Positions 28,042-39,116 of a DNA stretch of 64,000 bases are shown in pieces (the stretch's first letter is position 1; every line of letters starts with the position of its first letter). Both the position numbers and the translations under genes were made by a program. The notes beneath the pieces are model-generated. The model was not told the DNA's origin. It ran no database searches and saw only the letters and a program-made list of their open reading frames with translations. The stretch is from Auanema rhodensis (lineage: Eukaryota; Animalia; Nematoda), in contig OZ059895.1 in the NCBI GenBank assembly GCA_964057225.1, positions 18,228,001-18,292,000 on the forward strand. Reading direction: 5' to 3'.

Positions 28042-28515
28042 TTGTTGGCCAAAATTTGGAAAACTCCCTCTCATTTACCCTCCGCATCGCCCAGCGAAGC
28101 ACGAAAATCCTATTGCTCCCGAATCTTTCTCTCTCCCAACACACATCTAAAAGAATCTTACGCACCTTACGTCAACATCCCACACGTAGCTCACCATTCT
28201 CGGGTTTTCCAAACCAAGAGTCCTATAAAGGTGGCCAAAAGATTCTCATCGGCTTTCCGAGCCCTTTACCCGTCCGATACCAACAGTGACGCTACTGTCG
28301 CAAGTCGTCGCAGAAGCCGTACCCGACTTCTTAGTGTTCAAATAGAAAAACCGCACCAACCAGCCGAGAAGCCGAAGTCGCAAGTCGACCAGTTTTATAC
28401 TCCCCGAGAAGGAACATATTCACCTTCTGACGACACCTACGAAGATCCGGACTTCATCATAGCCGACGACAGAAAAATTTTTTATATACATTCTTTTCTT
28501 TTCTGTAGATTGTAA
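28042..28515 (+). other. 157-codon open frame inside element 1; no recognisable domain, possibly a decayed coding remnant
   Basis: Longest frame in the element; non-ATG start; S/P/R-rich with an acidic tail; no gag/pol motif seen. Confidence 0.25.
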
Positions 28516-29144
28516 AATGAAAGTAACGGTGAATTAGAAAAATTTTGATGAGAGATTAAGAGAATAAACAACCAAAAATAAGGAATAAGTGAAAATATAA
28601 TATAAATAATAGGCTACCGTACTTCTTTACGATGATAGAGATAGTCTATCGCACTAAATTGAGCTCCATATGTATCTCCAAGAAGAGACGAAAATTGGCA
28701 GGCGCCTAAGCCACACCCCATCTGAGTGGTAGCCTCCATTAGTACTCAAGGATTCATTCAGAGAGACACATGAAGACGAAAACAATTAATAACTAAAAAT
28801 CTTTATCCCCATCATCATTAGGATACGAGTAACCATGCACGCAAAAAGTTGAATAATTCCTTATTATCTCACATAAATCTCAAATTCATGGAACAATTTT
28901 TTTTTATTACAGTACTACAATGACTAAATTTATTTTTCTAATCCTCCGTTACAAAATAACATAAAACCCATTATTGTATTCAAATTCTATCTTAATACCA
29001 TAAAGAAACCTATTAATACCATTTAAATATCTTTCTACATGTAGATTTTAAAACTTTTAATTTTAATTGTAAACTCCTAGACTCTGAAACTCAGCTACAT
29101 ATACACTAAAAACTCTTTATATCGCGCGGACGCGAAAAATCTTT

Positions 29145-29155
29145 GAAAAAGGGCA
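29145..29155 (+). promoter_or_regulatory. Polypurine tract of element 1
   Basis: GAAAAAGGGCA immediately before the 3' LTR, preceded by the small hairpin TCGCG-CGGA-CGCGA. Confidence 0.7.
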
Positions 29156-29500
29156 CGTTCCATTCGGACTCCCCATATATGTAGCTGAAGGGTTAGAGCC
29201 AGACGACCAGAGGACCGAGGAATGGCTCCGCCTTCCCTCGTTTCCTTGGTCGGGAGTTCGCCTCTTAGCAAGCTCATGGACGGCTTGTAGTTTAGTCTTT
29301 ATACTTATATTTATCTTATTGTATTGTATCTTTATCTTTGTATATTATTGTTGTAGTTTCATGCCAATAAATCTTTCTCTCTTTTATCTTATGATTGACC
29401 TTATGCTCTTTATTCCTTACCGCTACACCAAGGAATACTATGCGCGTCATAGTATAAACTACAATGGTTTATATTATCGACGCAGGAGCGTAACGGAACG
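29156..29500 (+). repeat. 3' LTR of element 1
   Basis: Matches 25967-26311 except for one C/T difference (gttcccttgg versus gtttccttgg). Confidence 0.95.
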
Positions 29501-32500
29501 ACTGTAAATGAAATATTGGAGGTGAAACCAAGTGCTGTCTACGTTGTTTCAAATAGAAATTAATAGAATACTTTCTGAATATTGACTCATGAAGCATTTC
29601 TTAATGTCATTATCTTCTACATTTTCAAAACAAAAAGGATTTCTGGAGATATGGGGAATTGAACCCCAGCCCTCTCCCATGCTAAGGGAGCGCTCTACCA
29701 CTGAGCTATATCCCCACACATGTACGTGTTTCAAGTTCTTTATTCAAACCTTCAGTACTTCGAGACTATAAATGAAATATTGGAGGTGAAACCAAGTGCT
29801 GTCTACGTTGTTTCAAATAGAAATTAATAGAATACTTTCTGTATTATGACGCTTGAAGCATTTCTTAATGTCATTATCTTCTACTATTTCAAAACAAAAA
29901 GGATTTCTGGAGATATGGGGAATTGAACCCCAGCCCTCTCCCATGCTAAGGGAGCGCTCTACCACTGAGCTATATCCCCACACATGTACGTGTTTCAAGT
30001 TCTTTATTCAAACCTTCAGTACTTCGAGACTATAAATGAAATATTGGAGGTGAAATCAAGTGCTGTCTACGTTGTTTCAAATAAAAATTAAAAGAATACT
30101 TTCTGTATTATGACGCTTGAAGCATTTCCCAATGTCATTATCTTCTACATTTTCAAAACAAAAAGGATTTCTGGAGATATGGGGAATTGAACCCCAGCCC
30201 TCGCCCATGCTAAGGGAGCGCTCTACCACTGAGCTATATCCCCACACATGTACGTGTTTCAAGTTCTTTATTCAAACCTACAGTACCTCGAGACTATAAA
30301 TGAAATATTGGAGGTGAAACGAAGTGCTGTCTACGTTGTTTCAAATAGAAATTAATAGAATACTTTCTGTATATTGACTCATGAAGCATTTCTTAATGTC
30401 ATTATCTTCTACATTTTCAAAACAAAAAGGATTTCTGGAGATATGGGGAATTGAACCCCAGCCCTCTCCCATGCTAAGGGAGCGCTCTTCCACTGAGCTA
30501 TATCCCCACACATGTACGTGTTTCAAGTTCTTTATTCAAACCTTCAGTACTTCGAGACTATAAATGAAATATTGGAGGTGAAACCAAGTGCTGTCTACGT
30601 TGTTTTAAATAGAAATTAAAAGAATACTTTCTGTATTATGACGCTTGAAGCATTTCCCAATGTCATTATCTTCTACATTTTCAAAACAAAAAGGATTTCT
30701 GGAGATATGGGGAATTGAACCCCAGCCCTCTCCCATGCTAAGGGAGCGCTCTACCACTGAGCTATATCCCCACACATCTACGTGTTTCAAGTTCTTTATT
30801 CAAACCTACAGTACCTCGAGACTATAAATGAAATATTGGAGGTGAAACCAAGTGCTGTCTACGTTGTTTTAAATAAAAATTAATGGAATACTTTCTGTAT
30901 ATTGACTCATGAAGCATTTCTTAATGTCATTATCTTCTACATTTTCAAAACAAAAAGGATTTCTGGAGATATGGGGAATTGAACCCCAGACCTCTCCCAT
31001 GCGAAGGGAGCGCTCTACCACTGAGCTATATCCCCACACATGTACGTGTTTCAATTTCTTTATTCAAACCTACAGTACCTCGAGACTATAAATGAAATAT
31101 TGGAGGTAAAACCAAGTGCTGTCTACGTTGTTTTAAATAAAAATTAATGGAATACTTTCTGTATATTGACTCATGAAGCATTTCTTAATGTCATTATCTT
31201 CTACATTTTCAAAACAAAAAGGATTTCTGGAGATATGGGGAATTGAACCCCAGCCCTCTCCCATGCGAAGGGAGCGCTCTACCACTGAGCTATATCCCCA
31301 CACATGTACGTGTTTCAATTTCTTTATTCAAACCTACAGTACCTCGAGACTATAAATGAAATATTGGAGGTGAAACCAAGTGCTGTCTACGTTGTTTCAA
31401 ATAGAAATTAATAGAATACTTTCTGTATTATGACGCTTGAAGCATTTCCAAATGTCATTATCTTCTACATTTTCAAAACAAAAAAGATTTCTGGAGATAT
31501 GGGGAATTGAACCCCAGCCCTCTCCCATGCTAAGGGAGCGCTCTACCACTGAGCTATATCCCCACACATGTACGTGTTTCAAGTTCTTTATTCAAACCTA
31601 CAGTACCTCCAGACTATAAATGAAATATTGGAGGTGAAACCAAGTGCTGTCTACGTTGTTTTAAATAAAAATTAATGGAATACTTTCTGTATATTGACTC
31701 ATGAAGCATTTCTTAATGTCATTATCTTCTACATTTTCAAAACAAAAAGGATTTCTGGAGATATGGGGAATTGAACCCCAGCCCTCTCCCATGCTAAGGG
31801 AGCGCTCTACCACTGAGCTATATCCCCACACATCTACGTGTTTCAAGTTCTTTATTCAAACCTACAGTACCTCGAGACTATAAATGAAATATTGGAGGTG
31901 AAACCAAGTGCTGTCTACGTTGTTTTAAATAAAAATTAATGGAATACTTTCTGTATATTGACTCATGAAGCATTTCTTAATGTCATTATCTTCTACATTT
32001 TCAAAACAAAAAGGATTTCTGGAGATATGGGGAATTGAACCCCAGACCTCTCCCATGCGAAGGGAGCGCTCTACCACTGAGCTATATCCCCACACATGTA
32101 CGTGTTTCAATTTCTTTATTCAAACCTACAGTACCTCGAGACTATAAATGAAATATTGGAGGTAAAACCAAGTGCTGTCTACGTTGTTTTAAATAAAAAT
32201 TAATGAAATACTTTCTGTATATTGACTCATGAAGCATTTCTTAATGTCATTATCTTCTACATTTTCAAAACAAAAAGGATTTCTGGAGATATGGGGAATT
32301 GAACCCCAGCCCTCTCCCATGCTAAGGGAGCGCTCTACCACTGAGCTATATCCCCACACATGTACGTGTTTCAAGTTCTTTATTCAAACCTACAGTACCT
32401 CGAGACTATAAATGAAATATTGGAGGTGAAACCAAGTGCTGTCTACGTTGTTTTAAATAAAAATTAATGGAATACTTTCTGTATATTGACTCATGAAGCA

Positions 32501-34090
32501 TTTCTTAATGTCATTATCTTCTACATTTTCAAAACAAAAAGGATTTCTGGAGATATGGGGAATTGAACCCCAGACCTCTCCCATGCGAAGGGAGCGCTCT
32601 ACCACTGAGCTATATCCCCACACATGTACGTGTTTCAATTTCTTTATTCAAACCTACAGTACCTCGAGACTATAAATGAATTATTGGAGGTGAAACCAAG
32701 TGCTGTCTACGTTGTTTTAAATAAAAATTAATGGAATACTTTCTGTATATTGACTCATGAAGCATTTCTTAATGTCATTATCTTCTACATTTTCAAAACA
32801 AAAAGGATTTCTGGAGATATGGGGAATTGAACCCCAGCCCTCTCCCATGCTAAGGGAGCGCTCTACCACTGAGCTATATCCCCACACATGTACGTGTTTC
32901 AAGTTCTTTATTCAAACCTACAGTACCTCGAGACTATAAATGAAATATTGGAAGTGAAACCAAGTGCTGTCTACGTTGTTTCAAATAGAAATTAATAGAA
33001 TACTTTCTGTATTATGACGCTTGAAGCATTTCCAAATGTCATTATCTTCTACATTTTCAAAACAAAAAAGATTTCTGGAGATATGGGGAATTGAACCCCA
33101 GCCCTCTCCCATGCTAAGGGAGCGCTCTACCACTGAGCTATATCCCCACACATGTACGTGTTTCAAGTTCTTTATTCAAACCTTCAGTACTTCGAGACTA
33201 TAAATGAAATATTGGAGGTGAAATCAAGTACTGTCTACGTTGTTTCAAATAGAAATTAATAGAATACTTTCTGTATTATGACGCTTGAAGCATTTCCCAA
33301 TGTCATTATCTTCTACATTTTCAAAACAAAAAGGATTTCTGGAGATATGGGGAATTGAACCCCAGCCCTCTCCCATGCTAAGGGAGCGCTCTACCACTGA
33401 GCTATATCCCCACACATGTACGTGTTTCAAGTTCTTTATTCAAACCTTCAGTACTTCGAGACTATAAATGAAATATTGGAGGTGAAACCAAGTGCTGTCT
33501 ACGTTGTTTTAAATAGAAATTAATAGAATACTTTCTGTATTATGACGCTTGAAGCATTTCCCAATGTCATTATCTTCTACATTTTCAAAACAAAAAGGAT
33601 TTCTGGAGATATGGGGAATTGAACCCCAGCCCTCTCCCATGCTAAGGGAGCGCTCTACCACTGAGCTATATCCCCACACATGTACGTGTTTCAAGTTCTT
33701 TATTCAAACCTTCAGTACTTCGAGACTATAAATGAAATATTGGAGGTGAAACCAAGTGCTGTCTACGTTGTTTTAAATAGAAATTAATAGAATACTTTCT
33801 GTATTATGACGCTTGAAGCATTTCCCAATGTCATTATCTTCTACATTTTCAAAACAAAAAGGATTTCTGGAGATATGGGGAATTGAACCCCAGCCCTCTC
33901 CCATGCTAAGGGAGCGCTCTACCACTGAGCTATATCCCCACACATGTACGTGTTTCAAGTTCTTTATTCAAACCTTCAGTACTTCGAGACTATAAATGAA
34001 ATATTGGAGGTTAAATCAAGTGCTGTCTACGTTGTTTCAAATAGAAATTAATAGAATACTTTCTGTATTATGACGCTTGAAGCATTTCCC
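29501..34090 (-). repeat. tRNA-Ala tandem array, block 2 (17 tRNA genes, 29644-29715 to 33868-33939; 4 are CGC)
   Basis: Same 264-bp unit, resuming in phase after the ACTG TSD. Confidence 0.97.
30964..31035 (-). tRNA. tRNA-Ala(CGC)
   Basis: Anticodon loop TTCGCAT, variable loop AGGTC. Confidence 0.92.
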
Positions 34091-34315
34091 CTGATATAAC
34101 CACTTTTTATGCTCGTAAGGAATACTATATAAGGTTTCCTTACGAGTCCTTTGGGCTGCGACTAGGAATCATTATGTAACTTTCATTATTGTAATTTGTA
34201 TACTTTATCATGAATAAACCTTTCTCTCTATACTCTTTATCATTTATATTTGGAAGAAAAGAAAGTAATTCCATGTGGTTACCCAGCCGGAACCCTGGAG
34301 AACCACCATGGAACG
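34090..34315 (+). repeat. Truncated 5' LTR of element 2 (first ~187 nt missing)
   Basis: The array breaks at agcatttccc and joins mid-LTR at ctgatataacc. Ends in GGAACG. Contains TATATAA and AATAAA. Confidence 0.92.
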
Positions 34316-34336
34316 TGGAGGTTCCACCGAGATTCG
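34316..34336 (+). promoter_or_regulatory. Primer-binding site complementary to the tRNA-Gln 3' end
   Basis: TGGAGGTTCCACCGAGATTCG is the complement of ...CGAATCTCGGTGGAACCT-CCA. There is no spacer after the LTR. Confidence 0.92.
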
Positions 34337-34930
34337 TCTATAACCGACGAATCTCTAAGAACCATATTTCGCTACATAAATTTAATTTTGTTGTCTTTCA
34401 TACATCTAATTAAAGAATTATATTTCGATTATGCTATATGAATTTAATTTGAAGTCTTTCTCTTCTTTATTTCATTCATTCAAAGAACTTTTTTTTGATT
34501 TTGATTCATAAATTAATACTGAAATCTTATATACATTTATTTAAAAAAATATATTTTGAAACAACTTAATTTTGAAATTTTATATTCATTCATTTAAAAG
34601 AAACATTTCGATTTTTATCCATATTCTAAGATCTTTCATTCATTTTTGAGGAAAAACTTTGTTTATAACTATCATAAATTAATTTGAAATTCTTTTATAT
34701 TTATTCATTTAAAGAAAGGTATTTCGATATTTTTTTTTCTGTCAATCTTTTCTTTTTCTGTTTTTTTTAATCAAAATCTATTCTATCTCTTATAAATTTT
34801 TGTTATAAAGTTTCAAACAATTTTTGAATCAAAAATGAATTAATTTCTTTTATGAATCATCACAAAATTCATTGTTTTATATATATTAAAATTCATTAAT
34901 TTCTATTCTATCCTTTAAAATGTATTACTC

Positions 34931-34933
<3 letters not shown>

Positions 34934-35024
<91 letters not shown>
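34934..35024. repeat. (TA)n microsatellite, about 45 units, in the leader of element 2
   Basis: Uninterrupted TA run. Confidence 0.98.
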
Positions 35025-35028
<4 letters not shown>

Positions 35029-35804
35029 GTACAAAACTATTCTATACTAGTCCTATATTCCTACTATATTCCTACTATATTCCTATTTTATTTTTCTTTT
35101 ATCTTCTTTTAAATTTTATCTTTTTCCCTCTCTTATTACTATTATTTTTTCTCTTCTTCCTAATATAACCCAGAAAACAGCCAAATAATTTTGAAATTTT
35201 TTATCTGAATCCCGAACCTAAGATTTACAATTTTGCATTTTGATCCTAAAAGTAGCCCGTGAGAAGCAATACCAGACTGTCTCGAGAACTGAGCGGAGGC
35301 AACCACTATTTTTGATATAAGACGTACGCATTCCTGATTTTGAAGATCCCTTTTTGGTCCTATTTTTGCAAATTTGAAAATTACGACAGAATTAGTCGAG
35401 AATGAAAGTGTTAGAGTGGTCTCACCATGAAAAATCAGGGGAGCAGAATTTCGTTAAGGGAGCGATTTCTGTGATTTTTCATAGGCAAGAGAAGTCTGGG
35501 AAAGTGAATGTACGAGGCCTGAGCACCTAATCTTGTCGAAAGACTGAAAGGGAATACTGCTTAGATCACCGTCGTATATTTCACGCCTATTCGAGAGATG
35601 GGAACTTGATCCTAGAAAGGGCGCACCGGTCACAGGCCCGTGTATGTACCCGATTGAGCAATTCTCCGTTAGAAGATTCGCTGCAGGCTGGCCCCCTAGC
35701 AAGCGTCACGCATACAACCCCATATTGCCTCTCACGTTGTATATATATTTTTATAAGTTTCGCATCGTTGGTATAATAATTTCCTTTCCAGGAAAACCAA
35801 CAAG

Positions 35805-36543
35805 ATGACGGACTCGAAGAGTAAAAATCCTCCGCAGGATAAAACAAATCCACAGAGCGCAGCCCCCCGGTAATGATACGCACGTCGAGCCAGTACTCGA
35901 GCAGAATCAAAGAAAGAGAGGACCTCCAAATGTTTATGAGCCGGACACGAAGCGCCGACCTACTGCTGCAAAGAAACCACCCGCTATACCGGGTACCCCC
36001 GCGAAAAAAAATAGGCACAACAGCTATCAAAACTTCTCGCCACGCTATTACTCTTAGTAAAATTAAAACGTCTATTAACAAACAAACTCCTAAACGCAAT
36101 TCTAACGTTATCAAAAGCTCTAGCTATGTTAGCACAAATACTTCCCCTTGTAAAGATTATTCTCAAATATCATTTTCATACCCAAATACTGCTATTCTTT
36201 CTTCTCCTCTTCCTCGAAATTCACCAAACTATCAGAGAAAATAGAAGAAAACGCAAGAAAAGAATTGTATGAGGAACGGAAGAAGGAGCCACCCACAATT
36301 AAGAAATGAAGTTCAGCACTTAAATTGGCATTGGGATTAGAAGATAATTCTCCTACAACGCCAGCAAAGCCTTATCATGTGCCGATAAGGTATCACAGCA
36401 CCATACCAGTAACAGAGCCGAAGAAGAGAGTTTCGAAGAGTCAGATCCCGGACCCAAACTTCGTGGCACCAACAGTACCAGTCATCCATAAGAAAAGACC
36501 GTCAACAGTTATTGGGACTACAAGTAAGATGCTAGAACAATAG
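35805..36543 (+). pseudogene. gag: Frameshifted, internally deleted gag of element 2
   Basis: ATG at 35805 (MTDSKSKNPP). Fragments NQRKRGPPN, PAIPGTP, TTAIKTSRHAI, ILSSPLPRNSP and EDNSP..YHVPIRYH align with the element 3 Gag N-terminus in different frames. Homology stops just before the capsid region. Confidence 0.85.
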
Positions 36544-36908
36544 TAAAAATCCATAATTTCTATATAAAAATCACAAAAAGTATAATACCATTTTCATAAT
36601 TTTCATCTAAACTTGAACCTATATATGATTTTTTTTTCTCATTTAAGTGATACATAAAATTCTACACAAATTATTGTACATTTTTATTTTTTCACTCTCA
36701 TAAAAATATTGTATCAATAACCAAAATTTCAAAATAAAATTATACATCATACTTGGAATCTTTCAAAAATCACTGCAAAGTTTTAATCAACAATCTTCAT
36801 CATTTTTTTTCACCTAACTGGTCAAAAAGGAGGCGACAAAAAGGAAGGAACAGACCGACCTAGTTTTAAAAAGGATAAAAAGGACAGAAAACAGTAACAA
36901 AGATAACA

Positions 36909-37511
36909 ATGTCCACCCAACTCCCTGAAGCCGTCGAAATTCCCCTCATGATGGCCAAAAAGAGATGGCTTTCAATTCAACTATTAGTAAGAGAATTGAA
37001 GCAGCTAGGCGCCAATACCATCGCCAACCGCCCCAGGAAAGAGAAGATCCTGAAAGAGTTAGTTCAAGGACTAACAAGAGCGAACACCAGTACTGAAACG
37101 CTCAAAATCCTATGTTACCAATACGACAAGGATCAACTGTCGGAGGTTGACCACTGCATAGGACCATGGACCAACACAGCAGGAGTCATCCGAGATGCCA
37201 TTGCTGAACTAAGGGACCAACTAGGTTATTCACCTAGTTGCGATTCACCAGAACAGCAGACACCAAACTGGATTATTGCTGAGACCCATTCGGCCTATCA
37301 AGAATGGAGCCTGCAACATTGCAGCGAACTGCCATCCACAGAGGCAAGAAAAAGCATTTTAAATGCTCTACAAATATTTCTGGCATCACCAGCAACCACC
37401 AAGGAAGAAATGGAAAGAAAAACGGATTTATGCAACAAGACTATGGATCTTCTCCACGACCTAGGATCATCACCATTACCAGAGATACACCAGTATTATG
37501 AAGAATACTAA
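36909..37511 (+). CDS. 200-aa accessory ORF of unknown function, upstream of the 3' LTR
   Basis: Uninterrupted ATG-to-stop ORF, GC-richer than its AT-rich flanks, helical-looking composition, in the position used by extra ORFs of LTR elements. Confidence 0.7.
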   Translation: MSTQLPEAVEIPLMMAKKRWLSIQLLVRELKQLGANTIANRPRKEKILKELVQGLTRANTSTETLKILCYQYDKDQLSEVDHCIGPWTNTAGVIRDAIAELRDQLGYSPSCDSPEQQTPNWIIAETHSAYQEWSLQHCSELPSTEARKSILNALQIFLASPATTKEEMERKTDLCNKTMDLLHDLGSSPLPEIHQYYEEY

Positions 37512-37714
37512 AAAGAACTTTTGAAAGATTCCCAGTATGATATATGATATATTATTTTGTAATTACATTGTTTTCCTTTATTTTTTTCTCATAAAATTGT
37601 TCTGTATTATCAGTATTCTTTTATTTTTTGAAACATTTCATACAACTTTCACATTTGCATGGAATTTCACTTTCTCGATGTAGCTGAGGTCAGCTACTTT
37701 TTCGATATTAGGCA

Positions 37715-38127
37715 TGTTCCATACGTGTCCTATAAGTAGAGCGATTGACAACGTCAATCGCTTATAAAACGGAACATTATAAAAACAAATAGCTGACGCT
37801 ACATTTGAGAAACAGGAATTCCATGCAACAATGAACGAACACTTTTTCATATTAAGTTTAATTAAAGAAAGCCCAATTCAAGCGGAACCAAGTTCCGCGA
37901 ACCTGATATAACCACTTTTTATGCTCGTAAGGAATACTATATAAGGTTTCCTTACGAATCCTTTGGGCTGCGACTAGGAATCATTATGTAACTTTTATTA
38001 TTGTAATTTGTATACTTTATCATGAATAAACCTTTCTCTCTATACTCTTTATCATTTATATTTGGAAGAAAAGAAAGTAATTCCATGTGGTTACCCAGCC
38101 GGAACCCTGGGGAACCACCATGGAACG
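37715..38127 (+). repeat. 3' LTR of element 2 (413 bp, TGTTCC...GGAACG)
   Basis: The start is defined by comparison with the element 3 terminus TGTTCCATACGTGTC. The end joins the array at gaggtgaaa. Confidence 0.92.
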
Positions 38128-39044
38128 GAGGTGAAACAAAGTGCTGTCTACGTTGTTTCATATAAAAATCAATGGAATACTTTCTGTATTATGACTCTTG
38201 AAGCATTTCTTAATGTCATTATCTTCTACATTTTCAAAACAAAAAGGATTTCTGGAGATATGGGGAATTGAACCCCAGCCCTCTCCCATGCTAAGGGAGC
38301 GCTCTACCACTGAGCTATATCCCCACACATGTACGTGTTTCAAGTTCTTTATTCAAACCTTCAGTACTTCGAGACTATAAATGAAATATTGGAGGTGAAA
38401 CCAAGTGCTGTCTACGTTGTTTCATATAAAAATCAATGGAATACTTTCTGTATTATGACTCTTGAAGAATTTCGTAATGTCATTATCTTCTACATTTTCA
38501 AAACAAAAAGGATTTCTGGAGATATGGGGAATTGAACCCCAGCCCTCTCCCATGCTAAGGGAGCGCTCTACCACTGAGCTATATCCCAACACATGTACGT
38601 GTTTCAATTTCTTTATTCAAACCTTCAGTACTTCGAGACTATAAATGAAATATAGGAGGTGAAACCAAGTGCTGTCTACGTTGTTTCATATAAAAGTCAA
38701 TGGAATACTTTCTGTATTATGACTCTTGAAGCATTTCTTAATGTCATTATCTTCTACATTTTCAAAACAAAAAGGATTTCTGGAGATATGGGGAATTGAA
38801 CCCCAGCCCTCTCCCATGCTAAGGGAGCGCTCTACCACTGAGCTATATCCCCACACATGTACGTGTTTCAATTTCTTTATTCAAACCTTCAGTACTTCGA
38901 GACTATAAATGAAATATTGGAGGTGAAACCAAGTGCTGTCTACGTTGTTTCATATAAAAATCAATGGAATACTTTCTGTATTATGACTCTTGAAGCATTT
39001 CTTAATGTCATTATCTTCTACATTTTCAAAACAAAAAGGATTTC

Positions 39045-39116
39045 TGGAGATATGGGGAATTGAACCCCAGACCTCTCCCATGCGAAGGGAGCGCTCTACC
39101 ACTGAGCTATATCCCC
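39045..39116 (-). tRNA. tRNA-Ala(CGC)
   Basis: Anticodon loop TTCGCAT, variable loop AGGTC. Confidence 0.92.

Larger units (their letters stand above)
25967..29500 (+). mobile_element. LTR retroelement 1, non-autonomous (3534 bp, no recognisable gag/pol)
   Basis: Two 345-bp direct LTRs (1 mismatch seen), TSD ACTG (25963-25966 and 29501-29504), PBS after the left LTR, purine tract before the right LTR. Confidence 0.95.
34090..38127 (+). mobile_element. LTR retroelement 2: 5'-truncated and internally deleted (gag remnant plus a 200-aa ORF; no pol)
   Basis: 34090-34315 is a direct repeat of 37902-38127 (3 mismatches seen). It has a tRNA-Gln PBS, and its leader and gag N-terminus are homologous to element 3. 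The left TSD has been lost. Confidence 0.93.

Noticed and set aside
25967-29500. DNA transposon or DIRS interpretation based on the CGTTCC/GGAACG inverted ends
   Set aside because: Long direct repeats, PBS, PPT and a short TSD indicate an integrase-type LTR element. No transposase or tyrosine recombinase is present.
34920-35168. 82-aa YIYI ORF
   Set aside because: Translation of the (TA)n microsatellite and T-rich flank.
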